64,000 nucleotides of DNA. Origin: Octopus sinensis (Eukaryota). Positions 13,527-26,855 of this stretch are shown here, piece after piece. The position numbers were made by a program, and so were the translations under genes. Location of the stretch: positions 54,560,001-54,624,000 of the forward strand of contig NC_043008.1 of the NCBI RefSeq assembly GCF_006345805.1, read 5' to 3'. A model generated the notes under the pieces. The model was not told the DNA's origin. It ran no database searches and worked only from the letters and a program-made list of their open reading frames with translations. How positions within the stretch are numbered: the stretch's first letter is position 1; each line of letters opens with the position of its first letter.

Positions 13527-14115
13527 TTGAAATAATATTCCCTCATGTTAATATATGTTAATATATATATATATATATATATATACATACATACACATAC
13601 ATATGTATATGTATATATATATTTATCTTGTTTTATCTTTTACTTGTTTCAGCCATTGGACTGTGGCCATGCTGGAGCACCCCCTCAAAGGGTTTATTTA
13701 AACAAACGGACCCCTGCACTTATATCTTAAGTCTGGTACTTATTCCGTCGGTAACTTTTGCGGAACGCCTAGGTTACAAGGATGTAAACATACAAACACT
13801 AGTTGTCAAGCAGTGGTGTGGGAGAAACAGGACACAAACATACACACACACACACATACACAAACACACACACACACACAGACACACATACACACACACA
13901 CACACACACACGAGAGGTTTCTTTCAGTTTCCATCTACTAAATTCATTTACAATATTTTGGAAGGGCCATGGCTATAGTAGAAAGCACCTGTGATGAGGT
14001 ACTGCATGGGGTACTGCATGAGGTACTGCATGGGGTACTGCACGAGGTACTTGCACAAGGTACCAACACAAAGCACTGCACAAGACCACGTCTACACCCA
14101 CCAAACACACACACA

Positions 14116-14158
<43 letters not shown>

Positions 14159-14738
14159 TATTATATATATATATATCTATATATATATATTATATATATA
14201 TATATATTATATATATATATATATATATTATATACATACATATGTATATATGTATGTATATATGTATACACCACATAAACACAATGCAGGGCAGAATATT
14301 TATTTTTTATAAACATATTTTGTATAAATCTGCTCGTTTTATATTCATAAAAGGCGCAAGATTTATGTTTTTGACATTTGTTATCAAACACTCCTCTCTC
14401 TGTCCTCCCACCACACACACACACACACACACATATACATGCATGTATATATTTGTATACACATATATGTATATGGTGTGTGTAGTATATATATATATGA
14501 GTGTATGGGTTTGTGTTTACATATGTGGTGTGTATATATATATATATATATAATATATAGTATCTATATATATATATATATAAATACATATATATATAGA
14601 TATATACATATACATCTATATGTACAGCTATATATATATATAGTTATATGTGTCTGTATACACACACACATATGTGTATATATCGCTATATATACACATA
14701 TTCATAGTTGCTTATATATGTGTGTGTGTGTATACATT

Positions 14739-14778
<40 letters not shown>

Positions 14779-16504
14779 TGTATGTATGTATATGTATATG
14801 TGCATGTGTATGCATATACATAGTTGCATACATACATATAGTCATACATATTAACACACACATACTCATACACACACTTACACACACACACACACACACA
14901 CACATACATACATACATACACACCTACATTGTGTTATGTGTGTTCGAGGTATTGGTATTTGCAGACAATCAGCCAACTCTACAATGGGTTATTTTGTTCA
15001 ACTTACATTGATTAAGTGTTTACACTGTGTTTTCTAGTTTATTTCTGTTTCCATGGAAACACACCAAGTGATATATTTTTCCTACGGTGCAAGCCGGGAC
15101 ACGACCGAACTGGTCCAAACATCTTTGTTTGCTTGGCAACCATAGTCAACAGATTTTTTTTTTTGTTTTTTTTTGTTTTATTTTAACCGCTGCCGCTGCC
15201 GCCACGACCACCACCACCACCACCACCAACACTACCATCACTACCAAAAACAACAACAGCAACAAAAGACACCGCCATCACTGTCACCGCCATCGCCACC
15301 ACTGGTACCACCACCACCACCATCACCACTACTACCCCCCCACCACCGCCAACAACAATAACAGCAACAACAACTCCATTGCTGCCTCTACTACTACTAC
15401 TACTACTACTACTACTAATCCTGCTGCCAACCTCACCACTACTGTTAGTACCACCCCACTCAACATCACTAACCACCACCAGCACCACTAATATCACGAC
15501 CACTACTACAAGTGCCACCACCACCACCACCATCACCACCACTACCACCACCACCACTACCACCACCACCACCACCACCACCATCACCACCAACACCAAC
15601 ACCACACCACTGTTACTGTTGGCACCAGTACCGTTTGTAACTTCACTCTGAGTTAATGAGTTTTCATGTGGTCAAATGGCCAGCTAGAAATAGTAACCAA
15701 AAAATCTCCCTTAAAACACTCCTTACTTTCTTAAGGACACATTAAACAAAGTAGCTCTGAGATGCACGATGTCTAATTTAAAAAAATAAAAAAAAGCGAA
15801 AAACTATCTGGATGATGATTGTTATGCATTTGAATGTATGTGTTCTGGATTGATACCGACCTTGGGTTAAACAACAACAGCAGCAACATCATCATAATCA
15901 TCACTATCACCATTACTCTCACTCTCTCTCACTTGCCTGTACTTCTATAATCACACCTTTCTTTTCTCTAAAAAAAAACGGCAAAGATCCCCTTCAGTTA
16001 TGAATGACCATGGGATTGTACCTAGAAAGTTTCCCTCTGAGGTACAAGTCTGGGTAAATTTGTTTATGGAAGACCAGCAGTTGCCAATGCATACCAGCCT
16101 CCCCTCTCGACACCACTGATGTTGTTATCCAAGCGAAAGCCAAAGGCTGATACAGATTGGCACCAGTGATGTTGCAATTCTTTTCTACAGATGAGCAAAC
16201 TGGAGTAACGTGAAATAAAGTGTCTTTCTCAAGAACACAACACAGCCTGATCTTGGAATCGAACTCACTACCTCATGATTGTCTACCTGACCCTCTAACC
16301 ACTGAGCCATGTGCCTCTTTTTATTTATGCCACTATAAAATAGTGAGACATTGGAAAATATGTCTCCAGTAAGAATGGAAATTTTCCATGACTCACCGGC
16401 ACTCTGTCGGTTTACGACGATCAGGGTCCCAGTTGATCCCATCAACAGAACAGCCTGCTTGAGAAATTAATGTGCAAGTGGCTGAGTATTCCACAGATAT
16501 ACTC

Positions 16505-16734
16505 TTTACTCTTTTACTTGTTTAAGTCATTTGACTGCGGCCATGCTGGAGCACCGCCTTTAGTCGAGCAAATCGACCCCGGGACTCATTCTTTGTAAAC
16601 CCAGTACTTATTCTATCGGTCTCTTTTGCCGAACCGCTAAGTAACGGGGACATAAACACACCAGCATCGGTTGTCCAGCAATGCTAGGGGGACAAACACA
16701 GACACACAAACATATACACCCACATACATATATA

Positions 16735-16780
<46 letters not shown>

Positions 16781-16950
16781 TATATACGACAGGCTTCTTT
16801 CAGTTTCTGTCTACCAAATCCACTCACAAGGCTTTGGTTGGCCCAAGGCTATAGCAGAAGACACTTGCCCAAGATGCCACGCAGTGGGACTGAACCCAGA
16901 ACCATGTGGCTGGTTAGCAAGCTACTTACCACACAGCCACTCCTGCGCCT
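16505..16950 (-). mobile_element. tRNA-derived CORE-like SINE (octopus OR-type), representative copy
   Basis: It has a tRNA-like head (GGCGCAGGAGTGGCTGTGTGGTAAG...GGTTCAGTCCCA), a CTTGGGCAAGTGTC core, an internal (TA/CA)n tract and the tail GGCGGTGCTCCAGCATGGCCGCAGTCAAATGACT. Other minus copies lie at ~8095-8820, 11820-12245, 12480-13070, 13625-13990, 23700-24090, 31580-31985, 35600-36050, 46350-46600, 54325-54725 and 55850-55990. Confidence 0.85.
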
Positions 16951-17531
16951 ATTCACATAGTTCTCAAGGAGATTCAGCATGACACAGAGTGTGACAAATC
17001 TGGCCCTTTGAAATACAGATACTACTCATTTTTGCCAGCTGAGTGGACTGGAGCAATGTGAAATAAAGTGTCTTGCTCAAGGACACAATGCATTGCCAGG
17101 AATTGAACTCACACGCCTTTGCAAGACTCTGAAAATTTAAATTTCTCCACTCATTCACACTATCCAATTCTTGGCCCCACTTCACTTGTATACTTCTCCC
17201 TATAACTTGACTGTAACCTCTGTCACATCTTCACCATCTTCTCCCTCCATTTTCCTATTCTCTCTTCCCCTCTTTGTTTTCTTTCTCTCTCTCTCTTCTA
17301 CTGAGGTAGCCATGTATCTCTGTCCCTCTATTCATATTCCGATCTTTCATCTGGCACAAAACCACTTTCCTTAATGCTACTCCTCCACCCCTCTCAGCTG
17401 AGGGGTTTTGTAAATTATTTGGTGAGGCCATCCTGCTGCTGGTGCTACATAAAAAGCACCCAAGTGGTTGGCATTAGGAAAGGCATCAAACTGTAGAAAC
17501 TACGCAAAACAGACAATGGAGCTTTATGCAA

Positions 17532-18190
17532 CCCTTTCGTTACCAACCCGGCTGAAACTGGTCTGGCTCTGTTGTACAAATGTCTTATTGTCTTAAAGGT
17601 TTAATTAAAATCTTCCACCAAACCTCAGTCACAATTTATGTTCCTAATGATAACTAAGTTATTTTGCTAAATTCTTTCATCATCATCATCATCATCATCG
17701 TTTAACATCCGCTTTCCATGCTAGCATGAGTTGGACGATTTGACTGAGGTCTGGTGAACCAGATGGCTGCACCAGATTCCAATCTGATCTGGCAGAGTTT
17801 CTACTGCTGGATGCCCTTCCTAATGCCAACCACTCCAAAAGTGTAGTGGGTGCTTTTACGTGCCACCAGTCAGGCGGTACTGGCAACAGCCAGCTCAAAT
17901 GGTGTTTTTATGTGCCACCTGCACAGAAGCCAGTCCAGCGGCACTGGCAATGACCTCACTCGAATGTTTTTTCACATGCCACCAGCACAAGTGCTAGTAA
18001 GGTGACGCAGGTAACGATCATGCTCGAATGGTGTTTTTAACGTGCCCTCGGCACGGGGGCCAGCGTGTTGCTCTGGCAAGCTGGCCTCCGTGCTGAGGGC
18101 ACGTTAAAAACACCATTCAAGCGTGATCTTATATTTAAAGTAATTGAAAGAAACACAGAGCATCTCAAAATAAATACAGTAACGAAAGGG
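17532..18190. mobile_element. piggyBac-like MITE interrupted by a (GAT)n-tailed SINE-like element
   Basis: TIRs are CCCTTTCGTTAC and GTAACGAAAGGG, followed by TTAA on the right. It is homologous to the intact copy at 30076-30296. Confidence 0.65.
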
Positions 18191-18937
18191 TTAACAGCTC
18201 CTGTCAAACCATTCAACCCATGCCAACACAGAAAACAAATGTTGACTGATGATGGTCATTGTGATGATTTTGGAGGTATACTTGTTAAGCAAGTAATTTG
18301 GTCTTGGGCCATGTGTTGAAACTAAAATGATCACAGCATGTAAGACACATATTAGTCATTCACAAACACACAAAGACTATTAGATTCACTTAAACACTTA
18401 TTATTTTTGAGTCATAATTTTCACTGCCCCGATCACAAACTTAGTCACTGATATGAGATGCAATGGAGTCATATCAGTGACCAGATTGCATTTTGAGAGA
18501 CAAACTTCGACACCAAATATTAAATGTTCAAATGTGTGTGTGGTTCAGAATGGCTAATGTACAACTTCCATGCTCTAATAATTAAATTTAACATTTCATT
18601 ATTTTATCATTATCAATTTAATGTTCATTTTTCCATACTTGTATAGGCTCATGGAGTTTTATTGAGGCAGATTTTCTAGGGTTTGATGCCCTTCCTTGTC
18701 AAACCAACTGTTTCCAAGTAAGGTGCTATTTCCCTATGGCCAGACATGTTCTCATATAATACTGTAAATGAATGGTACTGCTTATATGACAGTGGCACTC
18801 CTTTACAAGTATTGCATGATGTCAAGACAAGGAGATACAAACACACACTTATACATGTATACACATAACCAATTTATATATGTATCACTTTATCAAAATT
18901 TCAAAGCTACATGATCCTGCAGACACACACACACACA

Positions 18938-18998
<61 letters not shown>

Positions 18999-20169
18999 AT
19001 CTTATAATTATTCTGCTTGTCATTGCATTACTTAGCCTGTCAGTAACACTTTCACATGATTAAAGAAAAAGAGGGAGAGAGAAAAAGAGAGAGGGAGAAA
19101 AGAGGGAGAGAGAAAAAGAGGGAGAGAGAAAAGAGGGAGGGGAAATGAAGGAGAGAGAAAAAGAGGGAGAGAGAAGCATCCATGATGTGAGGTAGAGGGG
19201 ATGTAATTGTAATGCTTTAACGTGATTAGTTGAAGGGAAAGAGAGGAGAAAGAAAAAGGAGAGAGAAAAAGAGAATAAAGCGAAGAAAAGAAGGAGAGAC
19301 AGAAAGAGGGAGAGAGAAGAGCCCATGTAAGGTAGGGGGAACATAATATCTATTAAGTGGTTAAAAAAGTTAGTTGAAAGTAGAGGAGGAGAGTTAAAAA
19401 TATAATTTTAGCAGAGGGGTGATGTTCTGATGGTGAGGTGAAAGAAAGGCAGAGAGAGAGAGAGAGAGAGAGATGGAGAGAGAAAGAAGAGAGTGAGGGA
19501 GAGAGGAGAAAGAGGGAAGGGAGAGGAGGGAGAGAGAGATGATGATGAGGGAGACAGAGATGGGGAGAGAGGATGGAGAGACAGATGATGATGATGGTGG
19601 TGGTGCTGGTGGAGATGGAAGTGGTGGTGATTGGATAATGAAAAGTGTACTTTTTTAATATTAACTTTTTTTAATATCACCTATCACTTAATGCATGTGC
19701 ATAAGTGCAATTCCATGAAATATTCACACTTATTTACCTGACAGATATATGCAATTTAACTAAAGGTTGTATCATATGTATAGGATTTTTTTTTGTTTAT
19801 GCGAAAAATGGAAAAATAAAACTGAATATTTATTTTATGAGTACTAACATTATTAACATTATTTACTAACAATATTAACATTATTTACATTATTTACGTT
19901 ATTTACATTCGATGGATATAGAACTGCTGTATACTAAGCCTATAAAATTATGCATAAAGAGCATATATAAAGTGCATTAAGTAATCATTGTATTCCAATT
20001 TCTTTCACTTTTCAATGAGTAGAAGATTAGCAACTATCTTTTGATACAGACACAACACAGGCTACACTTTCAGGTTTTTTGAGATAAAGTTTTCAGACAT
20101 AACCCAATAACTTTATCATTAATTCTTTGAAATATTCACAGGTCCCATTAGTAATAATAATAATGACAA

Positions 20170-20210
<41 letters not shown>

Positions 20211-20491
20211 TAATAATAATAATAATAATAATAACAACAACAATAATAATAACAATAACAACAATAATAATAATCCTTTCTATTATAGGCACAAGGCCTG
20301 AAGTTTTTTCGGGGAGGGATTAAGTCGAATGCATCAGCCCCAGTACTCCACTAGTACTTAATTTATTGACCCCGAAAGGATGAAAGGCAAAGTCGACCTT
20401 GGTGGAATTTGAACTCAGAACATAGTGACTGGTGAAATACTGCTAAGCATTTTGTCCAGTGTGCTAATGATTCTGCCAGCTCATCATCTTC

Positions 20492-20545
<54 letters not shown>

Positions 20546-20553
20546 GTAATAAT

Positions 20554-20585
<32 letters not shown>

Positions 20586-21042
20586 AACTATCCTTGGATG
20601 GAATTTGTAAACATTTAATGCATTGCTATGTGTATTTCCACAAATCACATGTCCATATTCCCAAAATGATTACAGTGCAGTCTGTAGTATCCGTGGTCGA
20701 TCATCTTCATGGATTCATTTCTTCAGATGATATAATATTAATGGATGTACAATGGAGGGATGTTTATCCATTTTTACCAGTATGAAGTATATATATATAT
20801 ATATATATATAAATAAGGATAAGATCGTTAATTTAAAATAAAATAACGATTTTATCAAGTGGTCAGCATCATTGTATTTACTGCGGTGGTATTTCGACCA
20901 TATCTAACATGGAATTAAACGGTGGGCATTTTGAACTGGCCATGATGCATACGTGCATATATATGTGGGTATACGTTCGTATATGTGAGTATTCGTATGT
21001 TATATTTATATATATATGTATTTATGTTTCTTTTCTGTGTGT

Positions 21043-21101
21043 ATTCTACTGACGAGGCAAAGCATTCCTAAATGCAAAGCCAGAAATCCGGGATCTAGAA
21101 T
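21043..21101 (+). ncRNA. Type I hammerhead ribozyme motif (Penelope-like)
   Basis: ATTCTA-CTGACGA-GGC..GCC-(A)-GAAA-TCCGGGA-TC-TAGAAT. Stem I is 6 bp, stem II is GGC/GCC with an inner GCATT/AATGC stem, and stem III is ATCC/GGAT. Predicted cleavage is after AUC at 21095. One extra A precedes G12. Confidence 0.6.
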
Positions 21102-21246
21102 TATCCAGTAGTTTTTTACTAGTTTCATCTTGTCCCTTTGTTTTCTCTCTGTGTTGATATATGGACAATTAAGGTGGTTTTAGAGTCAGATCATGGCTGC
21201 TATTTTCAGCATGGTGGTATCTCTTAGATACCCTAATTTATAATTT

Positions 21247-21327
<81 letters not shown>

Positions 21328-21372
21328 ATATATATATATTATATATATTTATTATATATATATATTATATAT

Positions 21373-21403
<31 letters not shown>

Positions 21404-22224
21404 GAGGGACTTCTTTCAGTTTCCGGGGCTATAGTAGAAGACACTTGACTAAGGTGCCGGTGCCACATAATAGGTCTGAACCCAGAACCATGTGGTTGAG
21501 AAGCAAACTTCTTAGATTGCACCCAGAAAAAATATAAGGTTACCATATGGGAAATGTTGAAAAAAAAGAAGTCAGGAAAATTAAGCAAAATAAAGGAATA
21601 TTTTTAATAAAATTCTCATAGGAATGTTATAAATATTATGCTAATTGGATCACAAAAAGAAAACTCTCTTTAACAGAGGTTTTCATAAAATTAATGAAAA
21701 GGATATTGAACTAACCAATAAGATTTTAAAATAATTTCCAGTTTAATAAAAATAAGCAATTGTTATACACAGAAGAAGTTGAACCACAAATTAAGAATAA
21801 AATCAATTATGGAAACTGTTTACAATTGTGATTTTCTGTAACTCTTGTGATGGAGTATTTTACTGGATCAACCAGAAACAGAATTTTTAGAAAAATTATT
21901 GAAAACAAATGGAAAACGGTGCATTAATATTGATGAAACTTCAAGAAACTTCAAGAAAATCTGTGCTTGCAAAATTTTGGGTTTTTTTTTTCTTCTAAAA
22001 TGTGAATTAGATTTTTGTTCATCAATAATGTTTCTTGATTTGCTAGAATTAGCTGCAGCAAAGTAGTCAGAAAATATTTACAATGTGTTAGGATAAAGAA
22101 TTATTTAACCGTTTTGTTACTGTATTTCTATTGAAAGACACTGGCTTTGTTTTGCTTGATTTTGAAAATAATGAAGGATTTAGTAAAATAATTTTGTCAT
22201 TATTGAGCTGGTGTTCTGAATATA

Positions 22225-23226
22225 CAGTGATCCTTTGTTTATCGGGGTAGATTGGTTCCGAGACAGGCCGTGGTAACTGAATTTCCGCGAAGTAGGGACA
22301 CCATATTTACAGTATTTATTTAACGTGTATTTGGACTTTTAAAACCCTCCCTGTACTGTTAACAACCCACCCATTACAGTAGTCCATTAATAACAAGGAC
22401 AACTGTTAAGCAATAACACTTTAGATTTTAAAAAAATAGAGATTGTTACTGTTACACTGGCCAGATTACAAAATAGAAAGCTGTGATTTGTTGTCTCTCT
22501 CCATTGCACCAATCACAGCCCGTCTTAAGTTCAAATACCCCTGTATATACTTTTTTGCTATTTTACACTTGTTTTGTTGTTCCTAGGCTAGGAAATAATA
22601 TTTATTATTAATATTTTAATGGATTTAATGAAAAATTTTAGGCGCAGGAGTGGCTGTGTGGTAAGTAGCTTGCTTACCAACCACATGGTTCTGGGTTCAG
22701 TCCCACTGCGTGGCACCTTGGGCAAGTGTCTTCTACTATAGCCTCACGCTGACCAAAGCCTTGTGAGTGGATTTGGTAGAGGGAAACTGAAAGAAGCCCG
22801 TCGTAGAATGCAATAAAAGGATTTCTGTTCAATCTTCGTTCAACTCCATTTCTTCAATTCACTAATAATATTAAAATTCAATTATCCGCACCAACGCACG
22901 GTTGCAACACCATATGGTTGTACCTCCAACCGTGCTTTCTTCTGCTGTGATTTTTGCTACCAAGGTATCGGTTAAACTTTTGATTAATCTGCAACAAGAT
23001 TATTCATCTTTCTATTTCACCAAATATATATATATATATAGTTAATCCAAACTTGAAAACACAAAGAGAAAACACATCAACGCGAGGATGTGGAAGAAGT
23101 ATAGTATTATTGGACGCTCAGGAAAGAAGGAAAGAAGGAGGGTTTAACGTTTCGAGCGGAGCTCTTCATCAGAAACATAGGAAAAGGAAAGATCCAAAGA
23201 AGGGAAGACGGAGGAAAAAAATCGCC

Positions 23227-23258
<32 letters not shown>

Positions 23259-23557
23259 GTGTATATATGTTTGTGTGTCTGTGTTTGTCTCCCCAACATC
23301 ATTTGACAACCAATGCCGGTGTGTTTACATCCCCGTAACTTAGTGGTTTGGCAAAAGAGACCAATAGAATAAGTACTAGGCTTACAAAGAATAAGTCATG
23401 GGGGTCGATTTGCTCGATTAAAGGCGGTGCTCCAGAATGGCCGCAGTCAAATGACTGAAACAAGTAAAAGAGTAAAGAGTTCATATATATATATTTTTTA
23501 AATCCGCAAAGTCGTGAATCTGTGATTGTTGAACCGCGAAGTAGCGAGGGATCACTG
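22225..23557. mobile_element. pogo/Tigger-like non-autonomous element with nested SINE and Penelope-like fragments
   Basis: Termini are TA|CAGTGATCC and GGATCACTG|TA. A CORE-like SINE inside it is split into 22640-22805 and 23240-23485. Confidence 0.7.
23142..23176 (-). ncRNA. Minimal type I hammerhead motif (Penelope-like, dimer type)
   Basis: The minus strand reads GTTT-CTGATGA-A-GAGC TCC GCTC-GAAACGT-T-AAAC, with a palindromic ACGT stem III. Confidence 0.55.
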
Positions 23558-24344
23558 TACCATAGTTTTTAGTAAACAAGTGGAATATTTGAGATCAAGA
23601 TTTACAGCCAAAAATGTGATAACTAAAATTTCTATGTGAAATGCTACAGGATTTGGAAACATAAACTATATATACTATGTTAATTAGTAAATTAGTACCT
23701 CTCTTATCTCTTTCTTTTGTTTCGGTCATTAGATTGCGGTTATCCTGGGACACCATTTTGAATTCTTTTTTTTAGTCAAATTAATTGACCCCAGGATCTA
23801 TTTATCCTTTTTTAAAGCCTGGTACTTATTCTATCAGCCTCTTTGCCAAACTGCTAATGTTACAGGGACATAAACACACCAACACCAGTTGTTGAATGGT
23901 GGGGAAGAAACACACACACACATGATGGGCTTCTTTCAGTTTCCATCTATCAAATCCACTCAAAAGGCTTTTGGCTGGCCTAAAGCTACTGTAGAAGATA
24001 CTTTGCCCAAGGCACCATGTAGTGGGATTGAACCCAGAACCCTGTTGCTGTGAAGCAAACTTCTTACCACAGAGCCATACCTGTGCCTATAATATGCCAA
24101 GAAATACATTAAATTAACAGAAAAATCTTTTGCTAAAAGGATTCATTTTGATCACTTTAAAACTGGAAGCTTGAATCATAGAACCAGGAATGGTCCCAGA
24201 GGATTAATAACAAAAGAGTTAAAGAAATATTTGATAGTACTTTGTTCTAATGCAGTAAGTATTACAATTGAACAAAAATCTGAAGTTCCAAAATTTAACA
24301 TTGTTTACATTCGACGGATATTCGTCCTCATCTTGTTTGTTGTT

Positions 24345-24390
24345 AACACAACATTTCGGCTGATATACCCTCCAGTCTTCTTCAGGTGTC
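24345..24390 (-). ncRNA. Penelope-like minimal hammerhead motif, slightly decayed
   Basis: The minus strand reads GACAC-CTGAAGA-A-GACTG..CAGCC-GAAATGT-T-GTGTT. It lies inside a ~170-bp repeat that is also found at 48270-48410. Confidence 0.5.
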
Positions 24391-25666
24391 TTGGGGGAAA
24401 TTTCGAACCTGGGTTCTCATTCCTAAGGTATTTTTTTTTCGATGTTATTATTATTTCAGAGCAAGTTTTTAACCACTCAACCATGGGTGGAGGTGTGAGA
24501 GGGGGGGGGCTTCAGTTTAAGTAAATATCTTAATATTGTCTATTCCATTTGTAATGCAATTAAAAACAAGTTATAATCTAAAATTCCATTAATGCCAAGT
24601 TATAAGGATTCTTTTGGGTTTCTGTCACAGATTTTCTATTAAAAAAAAATTTTTTTTATTCCAATTGTTTCCAACTTTGGTTACGCTGATTTTGTTTTGC
24701 ATGCTAATTATGAAAATGAAATTCCTTTTTGCCATAAATTAATAAATAAAATGTTACTAGCATTTAAAGTTTGCAAATTTTAGGTAATTTTAGCCAATTG
24801 AAAGCCACCATTATACACATGACTGTAAATCTTACATTGGTATGACTCAGTGGTTAGAAAATCGAGCTTACTATCGTGAGGTTGTGAGTTCGATTCCTGA
24901 ACTTGGCTGTGTGTTGTGTTCTTGAGCAAGACACTTTATCTCACATTGTTCCAGCTGTAAAAATGAGTTGTCATTGGTGCCAAACTGTATCAGCCTTTGC
25001 CTTTCCCTTGGATAACATCATTGGCCTGGAGAGGGGAAGCCGGTATGCACGAGCAACTGCTGGTCTTCCATAAACAACCTTGCCCAGACTTGTACCTCGG
25101 AGAGGAACTTTCTAGGGGCAAGACCAAAGGGAGTCCCCTACTGTCCATTTCCATAGTAACATGCAAAGCTGTAGTCTGCATTGTTTTCATTGTAACAAAT
25201 TTGCTGTCTATGAGCAAACGTGATGCTTTCACCATTGCAACCACCACAAGTTTTGATGAGAGTCGTTCTGTGACAGACTGCTATCACACAGAAAATGCCA
25301 GCTTCCGATTCCTGTTTTCAGATTGGCTAAAAATGATCAAACTTTGAATCTCTGTAATATTTTACTAAATTTTTTTCTGGACTAAAAGAATCTCAAATTC
25401 AGATGCAGATTGAAACATTACATCAATATACCAAATTTGAAAACTTTTCCTTATTCTTAAAACTTCAAAATCACTAACAGCAGCTAAAAAGATCTCATTA
25501 TGAGGTCTAGAAATTCTTGGATTAAATTTAACCACAATGCCATATGCCCGTGGGCATATGGGTAGTGGTTAAGAGCATGGGCTGCTAACCCTGAGATTCC
25601 AAGTTTGATTCCAAGGAGTGACCTGAACAATAACAACAACAAACAACAACAAACAACAACAACAAC

Positions 25667-25725
<59 letters not shown>

Positions 25726-25726
<1 letters not shown>

Positions 25727-26274
25727 GCCCTGATGCAGTACCAGGCAGTGGCTCTCATGGCTTCTGATCTTAACTGATTGGAAGTGTTACCTTGTACATT
25801 GTTTTGTCTTGGTATAAAAGATGGGCTACAGCAAATATTCTGCTCAATACCACAGATTGCTTGTCAGTGTTTGACCTTAACCAGTTGAGCATGTCCCATA
25901 GTGGCTGACGAATGTGCATCTCTGATCACGAGCAGAAGTAGTGGGGGAGCATCATAGCCATGTGTTGAGAAGGATTCTTTGGGGTTTTGAATAATTCCTC
26001 TGGAAAATGGGTGTTTCGTTCAACGTCCTTAAACAACCCTTATTCAGGGACCTTTTGAACGGGATGGGTTACTTGATCTGAAGAAAATTCTAACTGGGCT
26101 CCACCTGCAAGGTCATGTGCTGTTTATCTTGATATGAGATCACCATGTCGCGCACATATGGTTGTGATGCATGTGCCTGGTGTATCCTTATCAGACGGGT
26201 AGTCATGATGGGTATACTGGGCTTTGTATATTTTACCCCAGTGTCAATTGATGGCATGCTCTGCTCGCTCACTC
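25726..26274. mobile_element. ~550-bp interspersed repeat embedded in (AAT)n, copy 1
   Basis: Homologous end-to-end to 42661-43160. Both ends abut (AAT)n. Confidence 0.75.
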
Positions 26275-26306
<32 letters not shown>

Positions 26307-26755
26307 GCAACAATAATAATATTAATAATATTAATAATAATAACATCGAAGTGGTGCCCCAGCATGGCCGTAGTGCAAAGGCTGAAACAAGCAATAGATT
26401 CAAGATAAATCCTAAAAATGTGAGGATTTATGTGTTGAAATTATATTGAGCATTGATACATTATTTATAATACCTAGAGATAACACAATGTCCCTATCAA
26501 ATTCTAATCCTGACAAAGATTTGTTTTGAAAATATGCTTGAAAAATATTGTATCTGGTTTAATCCTCTGGCATTTAACACGGTAACATTTAATTCGGTCA
26601 TATCCGGCTCAAATATTCAATCTGTTTTATGTTAAAACTGACCATATCCAGCCTCTCACACCTACCCTACAATGTCATTCTAAGAATATACAAACAGATT
26701 ATTGAAATCTTGAAGCTTTGAAGACAATGCATGATTAATTCAAAACAATGTGAAT

Positions 26756-26855
26756 NNNNNNNNNNNNNNNNNNNNNNNNNNNNNNNNNNNNNNNNNNNNN
26801 NNNNNNNNNNNNNNNNNNNNNNNNNNNNNNNNNNNNNNNNNNNNNNNNNNNNNNN
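26756..26855. other. Assembly gap (100 N)
   Basis: Run of exactly 100 N. Confidence 1.

Noticed and set aside
15087-15651. Poly-Thr/His/Val ORFs (also 33505-34359, 56555-56931)
   Set aside because: These are trinucleotide microsatellite mosaics, open in several frames on both strands.
25545-25625. tRNA-like sequences (this and other SINE heads) as tRNA genes
   Set aside because: A/B boxes are present but there is no complete cloverleaf. Most continue into SINE bodies.
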